A stretch of DNA of 64,000 bases. It comes from Actinomycetota bacterium (lineage in GTDB: Bacteria > Actinomycetota > Acidimicrobiia > IMCC26256 > VFJJ01). Location of the stretch: assembly GCA_009886115.1 (NCBI GenBank), contig VFJJ01000069.1, forward strand, positions 1 to 64,000, written 5' to 3'. The notes beneath the pieces are model-generated. The model was given only the letters and a program-made list of their open reading frames with translations. It was not told where the DNA came from and ran no database searches. A program made the position numbers and the translations under genes. This document shows positions 31,492 through 39,717 of the stretch, one piece after another (within the stretch, counting starts at the first letter, position 1; every line of letters starts with the position of its first letter).

Positions 31492-31521
31492 ATTGACAAA
31501 ATGTTGAATTCGGTCGACGAT
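31492..31521 (+). promoter_or_regulatory. Promoter with overlapping operator ATTGACAAAATGTTGAA
   Basis: TTGACA (31493-31498), 17 bp, GACGAT (31516-31521), GTG 6 nt later; operator 31492-31508. Confidence 0.78.
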
Positions 31522-31527
31522 GGCTCT

Positions 31528-34206
31528 GTGACCACACAGTTCTCCGTCAACGGGCGTGATGTCGCGGTGCGCGACGACCACCCCCACCTGCTCTCGGCGC
31601 TGCGCGACGAGCTCGACATCACCTCACCGAAGGACGGCTGCTCGCCGACGGGGCAGTGCGGCTGCTGCACGGTGATCATCGACGGCAAGGCCCAGGTCTC
31701 GTGTCAGGTGTCGCTGGCGAAGGTCGCCGGGCGCAGCGTCAGCACGCTCGAGGGCTTCGACACCGACGAACGCACCCGGTTGGCATCGGCCTTCGCCGCG
31801 TGTGGAGCGCTCCAGTGCGGGTTCTGCACCCCGGGGATCCTGGTGCGCACCAAGGCGCTCCTCGACAAGAAGGGCGCCGGGCTCACCCGCGACGACGCCG
31901 CACGCCATCTCGGTGGGCACCTGTGCCGCTGCACCGGGTACGTGAAGATCCTCGACGCCGTCGAGATGCTCGCCGCCTCCCACGACGCACGTCACGACCA
32001 GAGCGACCAGGGCGGCCCCGGCCCCGGTCTCGGGGGCGACACGGTCGACGGGGGCACGGCGCTCGAGCTGCCGAGGGGCATCGGGCAACGGGGCATCCGC
32101 TACGAGGCAGCCGAGCTGGCCCTTGGTGATCGCGACTACGTCGACGACATGCGGGTGCCCGGGATGCTCCATGGAGCGCTGCGCCTCACCGACCATGCCC
32201 GTGCCGACGTCATCGGCATCGACACCGCAGCCGCTCGTGCCGCCGCTGGTGTCGTGGCCGTGTTCAGCGCAGCCGACATCCCCGGCGAGCTGCGCGTGGG
32301 CATCATCCACAAGGACTGGCCGATCATGATCCCCGAGGGCGGCCGTACGTCGTATCTCGGCGACGTGCTGGCGATCGTGGTGGCCGACACCCGAGAACAG
32401 GCCCGGGCCGCGGCGGCGCTGATCTCGGTCGAGTACCGGGTGCTGAGCCCCATCACCGATCCGGTCGCCGCGGTGGCCGAAGGCGCCGAGAGCGCCGTCT
32501 GGGGCCTCGAGGGCAACATGCTGTCGCACTCCGCCTACCAGCGCGGCGACGTCGATGCCGCGCTGGCCGCATCGGCCCACACGGTGCACGAGACCTTCGA
32601 GACGGCCCGGATCGAGCACGCGTTCCTCGAGCCGGAATCGACGCTCGTGGTCCCCGAGATCGGCGCCGATGGCGAGCTTCGCCTGCAGGTGTACTCCGGC
32701 GGTCAGGGCGTGTGGGACGACCGCAACCAGATCGCGTCGGTGCTCGGCATCGACACCGGGCGGGTGACCGTCACCCTGGTGAGCAACGGCGGGGCCTTCG
32801 GCGGCAAGGAGGACATGGCGAACCAGGCCCAGACGGCGCTCGCCGCCTGGCTCCTGCAGCGTCCCGTGAAGTGCACGCTGTCACGTGAGGAATCACTCCT
32901 GATGCACCCCAAGCGTCACCCCATCCAGATGGAGTACTGGGCGGGGTGCGACGCCGACGGGAAGCTCACCGCGCTCAAGGCCCGCATGGTCGGCGACTCC
33001 GGCGCCTACGCCAGCGTGGGCATGAAGGTTCTCGAACGTGCGGCCGGCCACGCCAGCGGCCCCTACGTGGTACCGACGATCGATGTCGACGCCGTGGCGG
33101 CTCGAACCAACAACCCGGTCTGCGGAGCGTTCCGCGGGTTCGGCGCCAACCAGGCCCAGTTCGCCATGGAGGGAGTCATCGACCGCCTCGCCGAGATGGT
33201 GGGGATCTCGGGTTGGGAGATGCGCTGGCGCAATGCGATCGTCCCCGGCGTCGTGTGGGGTCCCGGGCAGATCATGGACGACGGCTGCGCCGGGGTTCGG
33301 GCCTGTCTCGAAGCGGTGCGACCCGCATACGACGCTGCGGTGGCCGCCGGCAAGGCGGTCGGGCTGGGGATCGGGCTCAAGAACTCCGGGCTGGGCAACG
33401 GTTTCAAGGAGCTGGCCCGGGCCGTCGTGCACTTTCGTGAGACGCCCGACGCGAACGGACGCGACGTCGAGGTGCGCCATTGCTGGACCGAGATGGGCCA
33501 GGGGGTGCACACCGTCGCCATGCAGGTCGCCGCCGAGGAGCTGGCGATCGCGCCCGAGCGCATCGAGGTGATCGTCGACACGACCCGCGAGCTCGGGGCC
33601 GGTCAGACCACGGGCTCACGGGGAACCCTCATGGGCGCCGGCTCCGTCGCCGACGCCTGCAAGACCGCCATCGCCGACGGATGCCGGACCGGCGTCGACT
33701 ACGAGGGCGAGTGGCGTGTCGACTGGACCAACGCGCTCTACGAAGGGCTCGAGAACCCGGTGATCCATTCGGCGTTCGGGTATGCCGCGCAGCTCGTCGT
33801 CATCGACCGCGAGACCGGCAAGCTCGAGAAGGTTGTGGCCGTGCACGACGTGGGCCGGGCCATGAACCCCACGCTGTGCGAAGGACAGGTCGAGGGCTCG
33901 GTGCACATGGGGCTCGGCTACGCGTTCACCGAGGAGTTCCCCGCCGACACCGACGGCCGTCCGCTCAACATGACCTTGCGCTCATTGGCGATCATCAGGC
34001 CCAAGGACATGCCGGAGGTCGAGACCATCCTCATCGAGGTACCCCAGCCCCGGGCGCCGTACGGCATCAAGGGGGTGGGCGAGATCGGACTCGTCCCGAC
34101 GGCCGGTGCCTGCGCGGCCGCGTTGCGCGACCTCGACGGGATCTGGCGCACCCGGTTGCCGATGGGCCTTCCCGGCAAGGGCGGCGGCGCTCCATCAGAC
34201 GACTGA
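31528..34206 (+). CDS. Fused (2Fe-2S)2-molybdopterin hydroxylase (Se-dependent xanthine dehydrogenase/XdhD-like)
   Basis: CSPTGQCGCC, QCGFCTPG, CRCTGY, EHAFLEPE, GGAFGGKED, GAFRGFG, GQTTGSR, GIKGVGE; no FAD domain. Confidence 0.85.
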   Translation: MTTQFSVNGRDVAVRDDHPHLLSALRDELDITSPKDGCSPTGQCGCCTVIIDGKAQVSCQVSLAKVAGRSVSTLEGFDTDERTRLASAFAACGALQCGFCTPGILVRTKALLDKKGAGLTRDDAARHLGGHLCRCTGYVKILDAVEMLAASHDARHDQSDQGGPGPGLGGDTVDGGTALELPRGIGQRGIRYEAAELALGDRDYVDDMRVPGMLHGALRLTDHARADVIGIDTAAARAAAGVVAVFSAADIPGELRVGIIHKDWPIMIPEGGRTSYLGDVLAIVVADTREQARAAAALISVEYRVLSPITDPVAAVAEGAESAVWGLEGNMLSHSAYQRGDVDAALAASAHTVHETFETARIEHAFLEPESTLVVPEIGADGELRLQVYSGGQGVWDDRNQIASVLGIDTGRVTVTLVSNGGAFGGKEDMANQAQTALAAWLLQRPVKCTLSREESLLMHPKRHPIQMEYWAGCDADGKLTALKARMVGDSGAYASVGMKVLERAAGHASGPYVVPTIDVDAVAARTNNPVCGAFRGFGANQAQFAMEGVIDRLAEMVGISGWEMRWRNAIVPGVVWGPGQIMDDGCAGVRACLEAVRPAYDAAVAAGKAVGLGIGLKNSGLGNGFKELARAVVHFRETPDANGRDVEVRHCWTEMGQGVHTVAMQVAAEELAIAPERIEVIVDTTRELGAGQTTGSRGTLMGAGSVADACKTAIADGCRTGVDYEGEWRVDWTNALYEGLENPVIHSAFGYAAQLVVIDRETGKLEKVVAVHDVGRAMNPTLCEGQVEGSVHMGLGYAFTEEFPADTDGRPLNMTLRSLAIIRPKDMPEVETILIEVPQPRAPYGIKGVGEIGLVPTAGACAAALRDLDGIWRTRLPMGLPGKGGGAPSDD

Positions 34207-34245
34207 CGACCGACAACCGACAACCGACGACTGACAGCCGACAGG
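34204..34245. repeat. Imperfect heptamer tandem repeat (consensus CGACAAC) x6
   Basis: TGACGAC CGACAAC CGACAAC CGACGAC TGACAGC CGACAGG, starting on the stop codon. Confidence 0.75.
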
Positions 34246-34304
34246 TGACCGACCAGGCGGCCGGCCAGACCGGCGAGCGACACACGACCACGGAAGGCCA
34301 TCGG

Positions 34305-35384
34305 ATGGGCTCCACGACCCCGGGGATGGTGTGCGGCCACCATCATCTGTACTCGGCCCTGGCTCGGGGGATGCCCGCGCCGCCGATGACCCCGACGAAC
34401 TTTCGCGAGGTTCTCGAACAGGTCTGGTGGCGGCTCGACTGTGCCCTCGACCTCGAGATGATCCGGTGGTCGGCCACCCTCGGCGCCGTCGAGGCGTTGG
34501 CGGCGGGGTGTACGGCGATCGTCGACCACCACGAGTCGCCCCATGCCATCGAAGGCTCGCTGTCGGTGATCGCCGAAGCCTGCGCGGAGGTCGGCGTCCG
34601 GGTGTCGTGCGCGTACGGGGTGACCGACCGGCACGGGCCCGACGGGGCGCGACGGGGCCTCGCCGAGAACGAGCGGTACCTCCGCTCGGGCGGCCGGGGT
34701 CTCGTGGGGGTGCACGCCGCGTTCACCTGCTCCGACGACACGCTCAGGGCCGCAACCGGGCTGGCAGCCGATCTCGGTGTGGGCGTGCACATCCACGTGG
34801 CCGAGGGCATCGACGATCGCGACGCCGGGAAACGCTTGGCGCCCTTGGCTGCGAGCGACTGGCTGCTGGTGCATTGCGTGCATCTCGACGAGCCGCTGCC
34901 GGGGACGATCGCCCACAACCCCCGCTCCAACATGAACAACGCGGTCGGGTACGCGCGGCCCACCCGCTTCGCGGCGCCCCCGTTCGCGGCACCGGGCACG
35001 GGCACGGGCACGGGCACGGGCGGCGGCGGGAACCCGGTCGTGCTCGGTACCGACGGCATCGGCGCCGACATGCTCGACGAGTTCCGTCTGGCCTACGTGA
35101 AGCTGCGCGAGAGCGACATCACCGCGACCCCGCAGACGCCATGGAACTGGCTGGCCAACGGCTGGGACCTCATGCCGGAGGCCCACAGCGACGACACCGT
35201 CACCTGGTCGTACGAGCACGCCGACGATCCCTGGTGCCTGGCCTTCACGACCGGTGTGCACCCGATCGAGGTCACGGTCGCCGGCGAGGCAGTCTGGCGT
35301 GACGGCGCCCCGACCCGGGTCGACATCGTCGAGGTGCGCGCCAAGGCCGCCGAGCAGGCGGCGCGGCTGTTCGCCCGGCTCTGA
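34305..35384 (+). CDS. SsnA-like amidohydrolase (compact)
   Basis: PGMVCGHHHLYSALARGM, LEQVWWRLD, DHHESP, GVHAAFTCS, HIHVAE, HNPRSNMNNAVG, GTDG; alternative start 34245. Confidence 0.82.
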   Translation: MGSTTPGMVCGHHHLYSALARGMPAPPMTPTNFREVLEQVWWRLDCALDLEMIRWSATLGAVEALAAGCTAIVDHHESPHAIEGSLSVIAEACAEVGVRVSCAYGVTDRHGPDGARRGLAENERYLRSGGRGLVGVHAAFTCSDDTLRAATGLAADLGVGVHIHVAEGIDDRDAGKRLAPLAASDWLLVHCVHLDEPLPGTIAHNPRSNMNNAVGYARPTRFAAPPFAAPGTGTGTGTGGGGNPVVLGTDGIGADMLDEFRLAYVKLRESDITATPQTPWNWLANGWDLMPEAHSDDTVTWSYEHADDPWCLAFTTGVHPIEVTVAGEAVWRDGAPTRVDIVEVRAKAAEQAARLFARL

Positions 35385-35455
35385 CAGCCTGAAACTTTCC
35401 GCACCCCTCCCCGTCCCGCAGTCGAAACCCACCTCCGACCCAGGAGACACCTCCC

Positions 35456-36475
35456 ATGGCCACCCCGGTCGCCCTGTACCTGCAAGACGCCCATCCCATC
35501 CGAGAGGCCATGGGCTACGCCGCGTACGCGGAGGCCCGGGGCTTCCACGCGGTGTGGCAAGCCGACAGTCGACTGGTGCGGGAGGCGTGCGTGCCCATGG
35601 CGGCGTTCGCGGCGACGACCGAGCGCATCCGCATCGGATCGGGCGTCGTCGACTGCTGGACCCGCAACCCGGCCCGTCTGGCCGCCACGTTCTCGACGCT
35701 CGACGACCTCGCGCCGGGCCGCATCATCCTCGGGATCGGCGCCTGGTGGGACCCGCTCGCGGCGGCCGTCGGCGTGAGCCGGGCCCGCCCGCTCACCGTG
35801 ATGCGCGAGATCGTCACGACCGTGCGGGCCTTGCTGGCCAACGAGACCGTCACGTTCCACGGCGAGTACGTCCACCTCGACGGGGTCGAGCTCGACTACG
35901 TGCACCAGGAGCGCCGACCCAAGGACGTCCCCATCTACGTGGGCGCCACGGGCGACAAGATGATGGAGCTCACCGGAGAGATCGCCGACGGCGTCGTGCT
36001 CAACTATCTCGTCTCGCCGGGCTACAACCGCAAGGCCATGGAGCTGCTGGCGACGGGAGCGGCGCGCGCCGGGCGGACCGTCGACGACATCGACCGGCCG
36101 CAGCTCGTCGTCTGCTCGATGGCCACCGGCGACTCCGATGCCGAGCGGAAGGCGGCGCTCGATGGTTCACGGGAGCTCGTCACCCAGTACCTGGGCCAGC
36201 AGCCCCACATCATGAAGGCCTCTGGCGTTCCCACCGAGCTGCTCGACGAGATCGGCAAGGTCCTCACGTGGCCGGCGACGCACGAGCAGGTGATCGCGGC
36301 GTCGAAGCTCGTCCCCGACGACGTCGTCCAGATGATCACCGCATCGGGGACGGCCGACGAGTGCCGGGCCAAGGTGGCCGAGTACGTGCGCGACGGCTGT
36401 ACCTGTCCGATCCTGTATCCCCTGGGACCCGATGTCGAGGGGATGATCGACGCCTTCGCCGACTGGACGGCGTGA
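35456..36475 (+). CDS. LLM-class oxidoreductase, Mer-like (possibly F420-dependent)
   Basis: [51 protein letters not shown]. Confidence 0.85.
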   Translation: MATPVALYLQDAHPIREAMGYAAYAEARGFHAVWQADSRLVREACVPMAAFAATTERIRIGSGVVDCWTRNPARLAATFSTLDDLAPGRIILGIGAWWDPLAAAVGVSRARPLTVMREIVTTVRALLANETVTFHGEYVHLDGVELDYVHQERRPKDVPIYVGATGDKMMELTGEIADGVVLNYLVSPGYNRKAMELLATGAARAGRTVDDIDRPQLVVCSMATGDSDAERKAALDGSRELVTQYLGQQPHIMKASGVPTELLDEIGKVLTWPATHEQVIAASKLVPDDVVQMITASGTADECRAKVAEYVRDGCTCPILYPLGPDVEGMIDAFADWTA

Positions 36476-36484
36476 GGTTCGGTC

Positions 36485-36886
36485 GTGGCGCATCGCTATC
36501 TCGAGGCCATTGCGGGCCTGGCCTCGGCGCTCGGGGCTCAGGTCGTCACGGTTGACGAGATCCGCGCCGGTGACATTCCCCTCGTATGGGAGGGTCACAC
36601 GATCGGCGGGTTCCGGCCCCCCGATCTTCACGGCGCGCTCGAGCGGTTGATGGGCGACGTCGAGCGCGACTTCGGGATGACGCTGCCGTCGCTCAGCCGG
36701 GAGGACAAGCAGATGGCCGTCAGGATGCTCGAGGAGCGGGGCGCATTCACCCTTCGCCGGTCGGTCGAGGAGGTGGCCGATGCCCTGGGCGTCAGCCGCT
36801 TCACGGTCTACAACTACCTCAACCGCGACGACATCAACCGCGACGACATCAACCGCGACGAGCTCAGCCGAGGGGTGCCGAGGTGA
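36485..36886 (+). CDS. HTH transcriptional regulator (YheO-like C-terminal HTH)
   Basis: LSREDKQMAVRMLEERGAF, VEEVADALGVSRFTVYNYLN; 15-bp repeat (NRDDI) at 36821-36865. Confidence 0.85.
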   Translation: MAHRYLEAIAGLASALGAQVVTVDEIRAGDIPLVWEGHTIGGFRPPDLHGALERLMGDVERDFGMTLPSLSREDKQMAVRMLEERGAFTLRRSVEEVADALGVSRFTVYNYLNRDDINRDDINRDELSRGVPR

Positions 36887-37143
36887 GCGCAGCCACGACA
36901 CCGGCGGAGCTGGTGGCCGAGTTCACCGTCGAGCCCTTCGTCGAGGGCCATCCCGGGCCCCATGTGCTCGCCGCGCTCGAAGCGGCCAGAACCGCCGGGC
37001 TGCACGTCGAGGTCGGGCCGTTCGGAACCGAGGTGCAGGGCGACGCCACCCGTGTGAGTGACGCCATCGCCCAGGTGATAGCCAGTGCCATGGCCCAGGG
37101 AGCGACCCGGGTCTCGATCCAGGTGCAGCGGAGGTCGACGTGA
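36883..37143 (+). CDS. Small thiamine-binding/YkoF-like protein
   Basis: AEFTVEPF, VEVGPFGTEVQG, GATRVSIQV; coupled on both sides. Confidence 0.72.
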   Translation: MSAATTPAELVAEFTVEPFVEGHPGPHVLAALEAARTAGLHVEVGPFGTEVQGDATRVSDAIAQVIASAMAQGATRVSIQVQRRST

Positions 37144-37505
37144 AGCAGTTCCGGTTCGTGATGGGTTCCGACCGCTATGACGACTGCGCGGCCTTCTACG
37201 GCCAGCTCCTCGAGCTCCCGGTCTTCGACGAATGGGCCGACCCGACCCGGGGCACGATCTGGCAGTTCAGCGACGGGCTCATCGAGGTCGCCGAACCTCC
37301 GGCCGGGGAGCGAGCCGCGGCCGTCACCGGGGTCTTCCTCGCCATCGAGGTCGACGACGCGCAGGTCTGGCACGATCGCCTCACCGGTCGGGGTGCGGTG
37401 ATCTCGAGCCCGCTGACGACCAAGCCGTGGGGTCATCACAGCTTCGGCGTCGTCGACCCCCACGGTCTCGAGCTGGTGCTCTTCGAGGTCGTCGGTCAGC
37501 ACTGA
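37140..37505 (+). CDS. VOC/glyoxalase family protein
   Basis: FYGQLL, LAIEVDD, KPWGHHSFGVVDPHG. Confidence 0.85.
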   Translation: MKQFRFVMGSDRYDDCAAFYGQLLELPVFDEWADPTRGTIWQFSDGLIEVAEPPAGERAAAVTGVFLAIEVDDAQVWHDRLTGRGAVISSPLTTKPWGHHSFGVVDPHGLELVLFEVVGQH

Positions 37506-37523
37506 CCGGTACGCTCGAAGTCG

Positions 37524-38768
37524 ATGGCCGACACTGCACACCCCGAACTGCGGATCGACGGCGAGCGTCTGCTCGCCCGCATCCAGGCGCTGCACGAGGT
37601 CTCGCCCATCGATGGCGGCGGCAACTGCCGGCTGGCGCTCACCGACGACGACCTGGCCGGACGCGACCTCGTCGTCACGATGATGCGCGACCTGGGGCTC
37701 ACCGTGTCGATCGACGTCGTCGGCAACGTCGTCGCGGTGCGCGCCGGGCACACCCACACGGCGCCGGTCATGTGCGGCTCCCACATCGACACCGTGCGCA
37801 CCGGAGGCCGCTACGACGGCAACTACGGAGTGCTGGCCGGGCTCGAGATCATCGAGACGCTCGACACCGCGGGTGTGATCACCAAGCGCCCCTTGGCCGT
37901 CGGCTTCTTCACCGACGAGGAGGGCGCCCGCTTCGCCCCCGACATGCTGGGCTCACTCGTGTACGTGGGCGGCCTGGCCGTCGAGGAGGCGCTCGACACC
38001 GTGGCCATCGACGGGGCCCGCTTGGGTGACGAGCTGAGCCGCATCGGGTACGCCGGATCGACGCCGTGCCCGGGTGTCGTGCCGCACGCGTTCGTCGAGC
38101 TGCACGTCGAGCAGGGCCCCGTGCTCGAGCTCGAAGGTGTCACGATCGGCGCAGTCGAGTCGGTGCAGGGCATCTCGTGGACCGAGTTGACGATCGTCGG
38201 CCAGTCGAACCACGCCGGCACGACGCCGATGCGTCTCCGACACGACGCCGGATACGCGGCTGCGAGCGTCGCCGTGTTCGTGCGCGGCCTCGCCGGCGAG
38301 CTCGGCGGCAACCAGGTGGCAACGGTCGGTGCGTGCGACCTGCACCCGAACCTCGTGAACGTCGTCGCCGGCCGCGCCGTGCTCACCGTCGACCTGCGCA
38401 ACACCTCCGAGGACGGGCTGCGCGAAGCCGAGCGCCGGCTCTTCGGGTTCCTCGACGAGCTCGCCGTCACCGAGGGCGTCACGATCACCAAGCGGACGTT
38501 GGCCCGGTTCGAGCCGGTGATCTTCGACCCCGGGGTCGTCGACCTCGTCGAGCAGACCGCCCTCGCCCAGGGCCACACCGTGCGGCGGATGCCGTCGGGG
38601 GCCGGCCACGACGCGCAGATGCTGGCCCGGGTGTGCCCGACCGCGATGGTGTTCGTGCCGTCGGCGAAGGGACTTTCGCACAACCCGGCCGAGCACACCG
38701 AGCCGGCCGATCTGGAGGCCGGGGCCAACGTCCTGCTCCACGTCATGCTGGCGCTGGCCGCGGAATGA
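37524..38768 (+). CDS. M20 Zn-dependent hydrolase (N-carbamoyl-L-amino acid / beta-ureidopropionase / allantoate amidohydrolase family)
   Basis: GSHIDT, GRYDGNYG, DEEGARF, ELHVEQGP, NHAGTTPM, SGAGHDAQ, SHNPAE. Confidence 0.92.
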   Translation: MADTAHPELRIDGERLLARIQALHEVSPIDGGGNCRLALTDDDLAGRDLVVTMMRDLGLTVSIDVVGNVVAVRAGHTHTAPVMCGSHIDTVRTGGRYDGNYGVLAGLEIIETLDTAGVITKRPLAVGFFTDEEGARFAPDMLGSLVYVGGLAVEEALDTVAIDGARLGDELSRIGYAGSTPCPGVVPHAFVELHVEQGPVLELEGVTIGAVESVQGISWTELTIVGQSNHAGTTPMRLRHDAGYAAASVAVFVRGLAGELGGNQVATVGACDLHPNLVNVVAGRAVLTVDLRNTSEDGLREAERRLFGFLDELAVTEGVTITKRTLARFEPVIFDPGVVDLVEQTALAQGHTVRRMPSGAGHDAQMLARVCPTAMVFVPSAKGLSHNPAEHTEPADLEAGANVLLHVMLALAAE

Positions 38769-38781
38769 TCGAGGTGACGCA

Positions 38782-39717
38782 GTGAACCGTTCCGTCGTGG
38801 TGGGCGCGGCCCAGCTCGGACCGATCGCCCGATCGGAGTCTCGCGCCGACGTCGTCGATCGCCTCATCGCACTCCTGAGCGAGGCCCACCGGGCCGGCTG
38901 CGAGCTCGTGGTGTACCCCGAGCTGGCCCTCACGACGTTCTTCCCCCGTTGGTACACCGAAGACAGCGACGAGATCGACGGCTACTTCGAACGGTCGATG
39001 CCCGGCCCCGAGACGTCGAGGCTCTTCGACGAGGCCGCGCGCCTGGGGATCGGGTTCTGCCTCGGGTATGGCGAGCTCACCCCGACCGGCGAGCACTTCA
39101 ACACCCAGATCCTCGTCGAGCGCGACGGCTCGGTGGTCGGGCGCTATCGCAAGGTGCACCTCCCCGGTCACGAGGAGCACGAGCCCTGGCGGAGGTTCCA
39201 GCATCTCGAGCGCCGTTACTTCGATCCCGGGCCCGACGGATTCGGTGTCTGGAAGGCGTTCGGCGGCGTGGTGGGCATGGCGATCTGCAACGACAGGCGC
39301 TGGCCCGAGACCTACCGGGTGCTCGGGCTCCAGGGCTGCGAGATGGCCCTCATCGGGTACAACACGCCGATCCACTACGCCCCCGACCCGTCGCAGGATT
39401 CCTTGGCGGGCTTCCACAACAACCTGGTGATGGCCGCCGGCGCGTACCAGAACGGGATGTTCGTCGTCGGGGTGGCCAAGGGCGGCGTCGAGGAAGGCGT
39501 CGACGGGCTGTGCCAGTCGCAGATCATCGCCCCGTCGGGGCAGGTGCTGGCCCAGTGCATCACCAACGGCGACGAGCTCGCCGCGGCTCGCTGCGACCTC
39601 GATTGGTGCGCGCGCTACAAGAAGACGCTCTTCGACTTCGACCGCTACCGCAGGCCCGAGATGTACCGGCTCATCGTCGACCAGGTCGGTGTCGTCGTTC
39701 CGCCGCACGCCCGGTGA
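38782..39717 (+). CDS. N-carbamoyl-D-amino-acid hydrolase (nitrilase superfamily)
   Basis: YPELALTTFFPRW, YRKVHLPGH, HLERRYF, ICNDRRWPE, GYNTP. Confidence 0.9.
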   Translation: MNRSVVVGAAQLGPIARSESRADVVDRLIALLSEAHRAGCELVVYPELALTTFFPRWYTEDSDEIDGYFERSMPGPETSRLFDEAARLGIGFCLGYGELTPTGEHFNTQILVERDGSVVGRYRKVHLPGHEEHEPWRRFQHLERRYFDPGPDGFGVWKAFGGVVGMAICNDRRWPETYRVLGLQGCEMALIGYNTPIHYAPDPSQDSLAGFHNNLVMAAGAYQNGMFVVGVAKGGVEEGVDGLCQSQIIAPSGQVLAQCITNGDELAAARCDLDWCARYKKTLFDFDRYRRPEMYRLIVDQVGVVVPPHAR

